Shown piece after piece: positions 56,524 to 64,000 of a stretch of DNA of 64,000 nt. How positions within the stretch are numbered: the stretch's first letter is position 1; each line of letters begins with the position of its first letter. The notes under the pieces are model-generated. The model was not told the DNA's origin. It saw only the letters and a program-made list of their open reading frames with translations, and did no database searches. A program made the position numbers and the translations under genes. Location: positions 124,001 through 188,000 of the IMG/VR virus record IMGVR_UViG_3300027759_000045. One strand, 5' to 3'.

Positions 56524-57050
56524 TGTGCTTGTCCTAAAAATCTAGCAGTGGTGCCGCATTTTAAATATCCAGCATCTTCCAGCTGTTGTGAACTCAGTCC
56601 ATATTTGCCAACACCCAGTTCATCAGTCACAACGTCGGCAGGTTGGCACACACTGGCCGCAACAGCGGCCATAACGGCCTGCACTTGCGATGTTGATAGT
56701 GGACCGATGCCTTCTGTCACAGTTGATTGACCCACATAGTCTGCCACTGTGATACCATTGTTGATGGGTACATTGGCCAGAACAGGCAACGAAGATATTA
56801 TGCCGCTGTTATAAATTGCCAGTAACGGTGTATCTGGAACACCTGCTGTGCCACGATCAAGACGAGATTGAGTGAATTGAATTGTTGTGTTTTCTCGAGA
56901 CTGTAATTGATCTCCTGATCTTAGCCCAACAAATGCGCCAGCGGCCAACTGTTGAAGATATATTTTCTCTGCTTGCACTAATGTAGAACCTGCAGGGCCG
57001 TCAAGTGTGACGAATTGTCCGTTTGGCAATGCAAATGTAAACTTAACCAT
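56520..57050 (-). CDS. Hypothetical virion-module protein
   Basis: 176-aa ORF overlapping the gp5-like stop; ends GVGKYGLSSQQLEDAGYLK.GT. Confidence 0.7.
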   Translation of the reverse strand: MVKFTFALPNGQFVTLDGPAGSTLVQAEKIYLQQLAAGAFVGLRSGDQLQSRENTTIQFTQSRLDRGTAGVPDTPLLAIYNSGIISSLPVLANVPINNGITVADYVGQSTVTEGIGPLSTSQVQAVMAAVAASVCQPADVVTDELGVGKYGLSSQQLEDAGYLKCGTTARFLGQAQ

Positions 57051-58572
57051 TTGAACTACCTGTTACTGTTCCGCTCCAACCTGACGGCAATGGCGGAGTA
57101 TTGGGCGGAGTAGTTGGTTGCCCTTCTTCCATGGCCACTTCAACTTCTACACCTTGATTATGGAATGGCCATGGTTCGTGTGTGGGAGCTCGTGTCACAA
57201 TACTTTCCAATCCTGTAGCAGAAATCTGCCAACCTGTGGCATTGTTAAACTCAGTGTCGGGCATTATGCGTTTTTCTAGTTTGACAGGAGGTTCTACATT
57301 TTCAGCAGATCCGCCGTTGAGATCAATTCCTCCAGCTCGTAATACCATTGCACCACCTGCGTTCCATGATCCGTTGTTGCTGACCATTGCAAGACTGCCG
57401 TCGGCACGTACACCAATGCGGGCTTTGCTGTAAAGAGTCATTTCAGTGTTGCTGGCCAGGGTTATTGTTCTTTCACTTTCTAGCGTTGTGCCGGTCATGC
57501 TTTTCATATTGATTGTGCCGCCAGCAAACATGTTGATATCTTTGTCTGCATGTAGATTAATTGTGCCTTGTGTGCGAACATTAACTGAGTTTGTGGCGTA
57601 CACATCAATTGTGCCTTCTTGTCCAAATTCTAACCAGGCTTGGCCATTGGCATGAATGATGTAGAAAAAGTTGCCGTCGTCACTCATGGTGATTTGATGT
57701 CCGCCAGCAGTGCGAATTCGCACTAGTTGATCGTCACCTTCTAAATTGCCGTCATCCAGCACAATGCTGTGACCACCTTTGCGTCCAATCACAGTGACGT
57801 CTGCCGCACTGATTGACCCAGCGGCAATGCGTTTTTTAATGTCAGATTCAGTTATACCGCCTTGGTATACTGCACGTCCCGGAGTGCTTACTCCAAACAC
57901 AGCACTGGGACTTTCTCGCTGACTGGTTGATCCTATCGGTCCACGTTGTGTATCGCCCAGTGTGCCTTGCTGGAACATTTCTGCAGCCAGAAAACTGTGT
58001 ACTGGCTTTGGCTGGTTAAAGAACTGTGGGTTATCATCAATTTTAGAATTGTTTGGATTGATTTCGGTCACTGGCAACACTGTGGCGCCATTGTAATAGC
58101 TTTTTTGATCACTGTTTTGCAAGTCAAACGCCTTGCTGGATCCGATTGCAGGAACCATGTGCGTTATGCCTGCGTTTGGAATGCAACCTATGTAGTATCC
58201 AAAGTTGGGATCACCGCCGGCAAATACACACAGCACACTTACTCCAATGTCCGGAGGAGTAAACCACATGCCGTAACTTTGTGGATTACCATCAAGGTAT
58301 CCGCCCACACTAGTGGTGTCGCCTTTCTTGCCAGGGCTTGGTGGAGTTGATCCATAAAATCCCGGGGCATAACCAACTGTGCGCCATAATGTTTTATTCT
58401 CAGGGTCTCCTCCACCAAATTGCTCAATGTAAACTTGTAGTCGCCCTTGTCTGGTAGGGTCAACATTATTTTTTACCACTCCAACAAATGGTCCAAACTG
58501 CGAAGGTATGCCGCCGCGGTCAAGTTTATAATTGGGCGCAACGCCTTTGGTTCTAATAATATTATCTGCCAT
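57043..58572 (-). CDS. Baseplate central spike, gp5/VgrG-like (OB-fold plus beta-helix; no lysozyme domain seen)
   Basis: GVVKNNVDPTRQGRLQVYI, PPDIGVSVLCVFAGGD and IRTAGGHQI, followed by short beta-strand repeats. Confidence 0.85.
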   Translation of the reverse strand: MADNIIRTKGVAPNYKLDRGGIPSQFGPFVGVVKNNVDPTRQGRLQVYIEQFGGGDPENKTLWRTVGYAPGFYGSTPPSPGKKGDTTSVGGYLDGNPQSYGMWFTPPDIGVSVLCVFAGGDPNFGYYIGCIPNAGITHMVPAIGSSKAFDLQNSDQKSYYNGATVLPVTEINPNNSKIDDNPQFFNQPKPVHSFLAAEMFQQGTLGDTQRGPIGSTSQRESPSAVFGVSTPGRAVYQGGITESDIKKRIAAGSISAADVTVIGRKGGHSIVLDDGNLEGDDQLVRIRTAGGHQITMSDDGNFFYIIHANGQAWLEFGQEGTIDVYATNSVNVRTQGTINLHADKDINMFAGGTINMKSMTGTTLESERTITLASNTEMTLYSKARIGVRADGSLAMVSNNGSWNAGGAMVLRAGGIDLNGGSAENVEPPVKLEKRIMPDTEFNNATGWQISATGLESIVTRAPTHEPWPFHNQGVEVEVAMEEGQPTTPPNTPPLPSGWSGTVTGSSNG

Positions 58573-60140
58573 TATGTTTCTCTGTTGATTTTTTGTACTG
58601 GTGTTGTTGATGTGGTGTTGGCCGCATTTGCATTGGTTTGAGCTGCTCTGGCAGCATTGGCCTGTGCGGCACGCTCACGCAAACTACCAGGCCTAATGTT
58701 AGGATTGCCTAGTTGCGTTCCTTGTGCCAGTATTGGATTTCCTGTGGCTGCTCCACCGCCGGTGTTGCTAAATGGCGGAGGAGGAGGCAATGCAGGTGGG
58801 CGCACAGCTGGGGGTGGCGGTGGGGTAGCATCGGCTCGTTCTACTGTGGCGGCCGCTGTGGCGATTTTGGCGGGAGCATCTGGAATTAACACATCAACTT
58901 GCACCCCTTTGATGTCCTGTTCAAATTTGCCTTTGCTAAATTTGCTAGTAACTTCTGTTGCCACGTATGTATAGATGGCCTGAGGTGCACCAGAAACATT
59001 TGGATTTGCCAGCCCAGTTCCTGTTAAGTCATAATCTACACCAGGACTCCATTGTAGGTCAAAAATAATTTGCTGTGCATCAAAATTAATTGAGCCGTCA
59101 GCATTAAACGGATTAAAATTATAGTTCAATGAACTGATACCAGTGGCCGCTTCTCCTTGCTGTAGCCAGGCTGGATCGCCAACAATGGTCAACTCACATT
59201 TGGCAATATCAGTTGGGCTATACAAATAGTCGGCAGCAGATGCACCTATTGAATTTGTCAGTCCTTCGGCACCTTGACTGCTACTGCCAGCCACTGCGGC
59301 CTGGTATTCACGTCCGGGTGTGTTTCTATTATTTTTTGTGTTGGAATCAGTGAGAATTTTTGGATTGTTGAATGTGTTTTTATATAAACTATTGAACTTT
59401 TGTTCGAATCTTAGAACTGATGTGTTTTGCCCAGTGAACCAATACTTGTAACTTTTGTGGCGTCCACGTATTTTACTCTCTGGAAAATATTCACTTTGCA
59501 TACTGTTTATAGGATATGCAGAAATTACATACTTGATATTATACGCATCATCTCCACGTTTTTCGTCAAAGGCAATAGGTGTAGTTTCTACAGAAATTTT
59601 ATACCACATTAAATTACCCAGGGGTTTTTGTGGTTTTGTCTCTTGAGAGACTTCATCAACAATATAAGCAGCCTGATCAGCAATGTATGTGCTGTTTTTT
59701 AATATTTCATCTAAGACAGTTATGATTGGTTGACCAGCAGTGATTCCAAATGTTCTAACATCATAATCAGCCGAGTTGCTTTCAGGATTCACTTTGTCAG
59801 CAGGATTTTTTGCCTGTTGCATTGGAAGTTTTGCTTTGTTGGGTTTTCCGCCTTTGGTAACAAGAGCGTCACCCAGTGCTGCCGGGGCAAACTCCACACT
59901 GTAAATGTTTGCCACTTTAAACACGCCTTCTTTTACTAAATCTGCTTCGGTCTTATTCAAAAATTCCATCAACCCAACTGCAATATTTTTCTTTACACTG
60001 GGGGCTGCATTGGCCTTGGGTGGTGCAGCCGCAGGTGCCGCTGGTGCGGCAGCCGCACTATCGTTAATGGATCGTACGCCAGGTTCCGCACTGCCGTCGT
60101 CGCCTACGTAATTTCCAAGGGTGTCGTATATTCCTGCCAT
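58572..60140 (-). CDS. Baseplate hub-like protein (gp27-like, C-terminal-type part)
   Basis: Directly upstream of the gp5-like gene. Y.YWFTGQN..V..F, ELTIVGDPAWL and Y...V.SKFSKGKFEQ are hub-type strands. Confidence 0.55.
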   Translation of the reverse strand: MAGIYDTLGNYVGDDGSAEPGVRSINDSAAAAPAAPAAAPPKANAAPSVKKNIAVGLMEFLNKTEADLVKEGVFKVANIYSVEFAPAALGDALVTKGGKPNKAKLPMQQAKNPADKVNPESNSADYDVRTFGITAGQPIITVLDEILKNSTYIADQAAYIVDEVSQETKPQKPLGNLMWYKISVETTPIAFDEKRGDDAYNIKYVISAYPINSMQSEYFPESKIRGRHKSYKYWFTGQNTSVLRFEQKFNSLYKNTFNNPKILTDSNTKNNRNTPGREYQAAVAGSSSQGAEGLTNSIGASAADYLYSPTDIAKCELTIVGDPAWLQQGEAATGISSLNYNFNPFNADGSINFDAQQIIFDLQWSPGVDYDLTGTGLANPNVSGAPQAIYTYVATEVTSKFSKGKFEQDIKGVQVDVLIPDAPAKIATAAATVERADATPPPPPAVRPPALPPPPPFSNTGGGAATGNPILAQGTQLGNPNIRPGSLRERAAQANAARAAQTNANAANTTSTTPVQKINRET

Positions 60141-60149
60141 ATGTTTTCC

Positions 60150-61589
60150 TTAAAAATTCCCGGGGGCAAATGACATGCCGCTGTCATTTACTAGATTATA
60201 ATCTGAACCGGTAGCCATCAAGGCTGTAGGACTAACTGTATCCTTAAGAGGTGGTGCTGCCGGAGGTGTGGATGGCTTGGCTGGTGTAGGAGTGGTTGTT
60301 CTTCCATCCGCTGGCGACACCTCGGCTAGTGCAACTCCTTTGGTCAACAGGTCTTTTACAGTGCCGCCCGAAATTTGAATACTTGATTTAACCACACCTA
60401 AACTACTGCCAAGCCCGACCTGGTACGGAACTGGTTGAGCTTGTATTTGATATTCAACCAACTTGTTAGACACAGAGAACTGAATGTCTTTCAACCTAAA
60501 AGGTATAATTTTTTCTACAACAGCACTTTTATTATCAGAGTCACTGGCCTGAACAATTTTTCCATTTTCGTCATAGCCGTAAAAGCGTATGACCAATGCA
60601 AAGTATGCTGATATGGGCTTGATGCTGTCATTTTTGTATAGTGTTGTTACTGCTTGTGCAAGGTTATTGATAAGTGTTATACTTGCTGTTTCAGTCACTG
60701 TAAAACTCAATTCTACTGCATTGTGTGCCAGGCCACTGCCCTTGCCTGTGATTTTACTTTTTAGTACAAAATTATCAAAGTAGTAATCTAAGCCAAAGAA
60801 TGGATTTCTTCCTGCAGACTTTGAAACACCGGCCACTGCGCCACTGCTGTTCAAGTCAGGTTGTACACCTTCAACTGTGGACGGTGCACCACCACTTTGT
60901 ATCAACAGGTTGTACTGACTCACTGCTATCTTGCTGGTTTTTTGTAAGGTAGTGTATTGTTCTGGAGTCATCAAATACCAACCAATGTTGTAGGTGTAAC
61001 TGGCATACTGGTCTAACACATTGTTCCTGGGTGTAAATGTTGATTGGTTGGTCTGGGCAGCTGATATAATTTGTTTGGTGTTGGCCGCTGTGACACCATC
61101 CTCACCAGTGGCACCCACACCAGGTTCGCCACCGGGACGGCCTTCTGAATCGTTGCCGGTGTTGGCTGGCGGAACACTTTGTGTTTCTGTCAGGGTCTTT
61201 ACCGGCGGGTTGGTTCCGGTTTCGGTATTCTGTGCCAAGGTGGCAGCTTCGGTAGTGGTCAATCGACCTGTGCTGGCCGGAGCCGGTGCAGGATTCTGTG
61301 TGGCACCGGCGGCGCTGTTAGCAACATCTGCGGCTGCTGACTGTGCAGGGGGTTCATCAGGAATGGCCGCTATCTGTGCTTGAACATCAGTTGCTCGTTG
61401 TTCTAATGTGGCTATTCTCTCTTGGGTTCTTGCTATAGTTGCTTCTTGCGATGTAATTAAATCAGCCAGTGCAGGATTGGCGCGACTTTCTGCCAAAAAT
61501 CCCCCAAGCCGCGTAAGTTCACCTTGCAACTTAACAATTTCTTGCTGTATCTGGGTAAGTTCAGATTGTAGCTCTGCTCTGGTTGCCAT
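60150..61589 (-). CDS. Baseplate hub-like protein (N-terminal-type part) with leading coiled coil
   Basis: Heptad coiled coil, low-complexity linker, then NVLDQYASYTYNI...F.VTE...I.FYGYDE.G domain. Confidence 0.5.
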   Translation of the reverse strand: MATRAELQSELTQIQQEIVKLQGELTRLGGFLAESRANPALADLITSQEATIARTQERIATLEQRATDVQAQIAAIPDEPPAQSAAADVANSAAGATQNPAPAPASTGRLTTTEAATLAQNTETGTNPPVKTLTETQSVPPANTGNDSEGRPGGEPGVGATGEDGVTAANTKQIISAAQTNQSTFTPRNNVLDQYASYTYNIGWYLMTPEQYTTLQKTSKIAVSQYNLLIQSGGAPSTVEGVQPDLNSSGAVAGVSKSAGRNPFFGLDYYFDNFVLKSKITGKGSGLAHNAVELSFTVTETASITLINNLAQAVTTLYKNDSIKPISAYFALVIRFYGYDENGKIVQASDSDNKSAVVEKIIPFRLKDIQFSVSNKLVEYQIQAQPVPYQVGLGSSLGVVKSSIQISGGTVKDLLTKGVALAEVSPADGRTTTPTPAKPSTPPAAPPLKDTVSPTALMATGSDYNLVNDSGMSFAPGNF

Positions 61590-61592
61590 GGT

Positions 61593-61892
61593 TTAAAATC
61601 CCAGCACTGAACGCAGTGTGCTCAACTTGGGCACGTAGATAAAAGTATCTATCACAAAATCCAACGGAGGTTTGGTCAGTGTGTTGGGATTGCGTTGATA
61701 AAACACCCACCATAGGCCTGAGTTGTCGTACAGGTCAAATGCCAACAGGTCTGGACGATACTGATAGGTCTGATTGATTGTGAATGGCAGGTCATCCGTT
61801 TGGCTGGGTATTGGTCTGTTGACCATGGTGTCCAAAAAGAACTGACTGTACCCTGTGGTATAGTACGGACTGGTTGCGTTGTAGGTTGCCAT
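61593..61892 (-). CDS. Baseplate wedge protein, gp53/LysM-like
   Basis: YQYRPDLLAFDLYDNSGLWWVF..RN motif. Confidence 0.8.
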   Translation of the reverse strand: MATYNATSPYYTTGYSQFFLDTMVNRPIPSQTDDLPFTINQTYQYRPDLLAFDLYDNSGLWWVFYQRNPNTLTKPPLDFVIDTFIYVPKLSTLRSVLGF

Positions 61893-64000
61893 TACCAGAA
61901 TCCTCCTTTGAGTAGGTCACCATTGGCATACTGACGTAGGCTGAACTGTTGGCTCTGTTGCTTGCGGCTTTGAACCGGCAGCAGTGATATGCTTATGTTC
62001 ATCTTTGTTGGCACATAGGTGGGACTGTTTTGACCAAATGATGCAGGTGCTGGTGGTTTGCTCATGCCACCTTTGGGTAATCCGGCGTTGGCCAAACGGT
62101 TGATGGCTCCACCTAGTACATTGCCCAGTATGCCACCACCCCAGGTTGTGCCAGGGCCTGTGGGATTGGTGCTTTGACGTTTGTTCAGCATGTTACTGTT
62201 GTTGACATTGGGACTGCGAGCACGTATATAGTCCACATCTACAGGCAGGTCGTAGGTAAAAGACTGCACCACACAGGGATGTTCGTTGAATTGGTATTCA
62301 CCCAGTCCGGTTAGATACACCAATGGAGGTGGTGTGCCACGTTGAGGATCTTGACCATAGAACATTTTTGTCACTGATTTAAAAAAGTGTATCACTGCCA
62401 ACAGATATTCAGCCTCTGTTGTGCTTTGTGCAGTAAATGGACAACTCAGTGTGACTGGTTCAACTGAACTGCTTTGATAGTAGTAGCCTTTGTAGTTGCT
62501 GTGTGTTAGATCATAACTTGCATAGTTGGCCTTGTACGAAGTGCCAATTGTGGGTGTGTAAGGAAATATAATTCCTGTGCCTTTTAGTGGCTGTAATATT
62601 CCAGGTTCTGGGGCATTGTACAAATAATCAGCACCTGGTGCTAGTCGTAACTTAACACGCCAATCACCGTTGTTGGGATTTCTGCGCTGGTTGGCAATGG
62701 TGTTCTGTGCTCGTGCCTTGTCCAAGGTGCCTTGTTTTATGGCAGCATTGAGATTGGTACGCTCTTCTTCTTCTTCAGGATTGGCGGCAAAGTCTCCAGA
62801 AGGTTGTATTGTGACTGGATCGTCGGCACCCACAGCCTCGGGATTGAATACATTTTCAGTAACCCCGGCAGTTCCAGTTGGATCAAAAATATTTTCTGCA
62901 TTTGGGTCAACTGTGGGTTCAACTTCTATGGCTTCTGTGGCTAGTATTCGTCGATTCTCTGCTTGTTCTAGTTCCAGTGCGTCTGCTTCCTCATCTGTCA
63001 TTACAGGCACATCTGTGGGTTCAAACTCTGTTGCTTCTTGTTCTGCTAGTGCTTGTTCTGCTTCGAATCTTGCCTGTTCAAATGGATCTGAGTTGGGCTC
63101 AACGTTGGCAGGATCAAATACTGATTCTTCTCCGGCGTTGATTGTCTCTCCTGGATCAAAAACATTCTCACCAGGATCAACTGTGGGGTCAACTTCTATG
63201 GCTTCTGTGGACAAGACACGACGATTTTCAGCTTGTTGTGCATCAAGTGCATCAGCTTCCTCATCTGTTAGAAATGCCACATCTCCAGGATCAAATTCTC
63301 GTGGTTCTCCGTCGAGTTCAAGTCCTGCTTCAAATCTTGCCTGTTCAAATGGATCCGAGTTAGGATCAACATTGTTGGGATCAAATACTGATTCTTCTCC
63401 GGCGTTGAATGTATTGCCTGGATCAAACACATTTTCAACTGCGTCAGCAGTTTTACCTGGTGCGTCGCCTCTGAAATACGTTCCACCGGTTTCTTCATTG
63501 ATTGCAAACCCGGGCTGTAGATTGCCATCGTCGTCATATGCAGGAAATTGACTTGGGTCACTTGCAGGATTTAATTCAGCAGCACTTTTTGGTACTGCTG
63601 TGCTGGCTGGTAAAACATCTTTTGTGCTTTTGAAAATTGAACCAATTGAACTTGCCAAGGATAACGCAGCCAATGGATTGGCTGCCGCTGCCCCCAGTGC
63701 CGCTGCCCCCAGTGTGTTTAGTAATCCAGATGAATTGCTTAATAAACTGCCCGAGCTGGGCGCTGGCGTTGACACATTGTATGGCAGTTGTTTGGCACCA
63801 GGATCAACCAGTGGACTTACGCCGCCATTACGATTGCCAGCTGATGCAACCGAGTCAGGAACACCCAGGCCGGTAGCTGGTGGAGTTTTTCCAGAGGCCG
63901 AAGTCACTGCCGCAGTGGCATTGTTTGTGGCCAACTGTGTAGCTTTTACTGCTGTGGTGGCAGCTTCAACTGCCGCCAGTGCCGCAGGAGACGGTGTTCG
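61892..64000 (-). CDS. Tail-tube-fold baseplate protein (gp48/gp54-like) with long acidic repeat N-terminal extension (5' end outside window)
   Basis: Frame is open to base 64000. C-terminal IFPYTPTI, THSNY, GTPPPLVYL.G.G.YQF..HP.V..SF.Y.LP and VPT motifs. Confidence 0.7.
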   Translation of the reverse strand, partial: RTPSPAALAAVEAATTAVKATQLATNNATAAVTSASGKTPPATGLGVPDSVASAGNRNGGVSPLVDPGAKQLPYNVSTPAPSSGSLLSNSSGLLNTLGAAALGAAAANPLAALSLASSIGSIFKSTKDVLPASTAVPKSAAELNPASDPSQFPAYDDDGNLQPGFAINEETGGTYFRGDAPGKTADAVENVFDPGNTFNAGEESVFDPNNVDPNSDPFEQARFEAGLELDGEPREFDPGDVAFLTDEEADALDAQQAENRRVLSTEAIEVDPTVDPGENVFDPGETINAGEESVFDPANVEPNSDPFEQARFEAEQALAEQEATEFEPTDVPVMTDEEADALELEQAENRRILATEAIEVEPTVDPNAENIFDPTGTAGVTENVFNPEAVGADDPVTIQPSGDFAANPEEEEERTNLNAAIKQGTLDKARAQNTIANQRRNPNNGDWRVKLRLAPGADYLYNAPEPGILQPLKGTGIIFPYTPTIGTSYKANYASYDLTHSNYKGYYYQSSSVEPVTLSCPFTAQSTTEAEYLLAVIHFFKSVTKMFYGQDPQRGTPPPLVYLTGLGEYQFNEHPCVVQSFTYDLPVDVDYIRARSPNVNNSNMLNKRQSTNPTGPGTTWGGGILGNVLGGAINRLANAGLPKGGMSKPPAPASFGQNSPTYVPTKMNISISLLPVQSRKQQSQQFSLRQYANGDLLKGGFW
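62840..63436 (-). repeat. Two ~270-bp tandem coding repeats plus a partial third
   Basis: Units start at 63436, 63169 and 62896 (ENVFDPG..NAGEESVFDP.NV.PNSDPFEQARFEA...TDEEADAL...QAENRR.L.TEAIEV.PTVDP). Confidence 0.9.

Noticed and set aside
55742-56545. 267-aa plus-strand ORF with PSAPD repeats
   Set aside because: Antisense shadow of the Gly/Ala repeat gene; repetitive codons remove stops and it opposes the operon direction.
56545-56570. Slippery heptamer T-TTA-AAA near the end of the 176-aa ORF as a -1 frameshift into the next gene
   Set aside because: The -1 frame meets a TAG a few codons later, before the downstream ORF begins.
62670-63551. 293-aa plus-strand Ser-rich ORF
   Set aside because: Antisense shadow of the acidic tandem repeat.
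626-63876. Many other 60-150 aa ORFs nested in or antisense to long genes
   Set aside because: No recognisable motifs or start signals, and they overlap well-supported genes.

Overview
A 64 kb segment of a large, T4-like myophage genome (inferred from baseplate and tail gene content, ThyX and TAAATA-type late promoters). It is gene-dense, uses the standard code, and I recognised no rRNA, tRNA, CRISPR array or transposase. There are three blocks. (1) 1-5.5 kb, + strand: a MoxR-like AAA+ ATPase (partial), a HExxH/VWA partner, small hypothetical genes and thyX. (2) 5.4-33.5 kb: a ~28 kb sugar-building and tailoring island. It holds two NDP-sugar epimerases, a DegT-family aminotransferase, an amidinotransferase, a NodU/CmcH/TobZ-family carbamoyltransferase with a tiny PFIY-motif partner, eight radical SAM enzymes, about eight glycosyltransferase-like genes, an SGNH-like and an isochorismatase-like hydrolase, and a Trp/Pro repeat protein. 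(3) 33.6-64 kb, - strand: fibre-like proteins, a 4855-aa giant virion protein, and gp6-, gp25-, gp5-, gp27-, gp53- and gp48/54-like baseplate genes. The main candidate for a new system is block 2. Its enzyme families are those used for aminoglycoside-type amino-, guanidino- and carbamoyl-sugars, and it sits beside the fibre genes, so it may build an unusual glycan on the virion, the host surface or DNA. All product calls come from reading motifs by eye; no searches were run.
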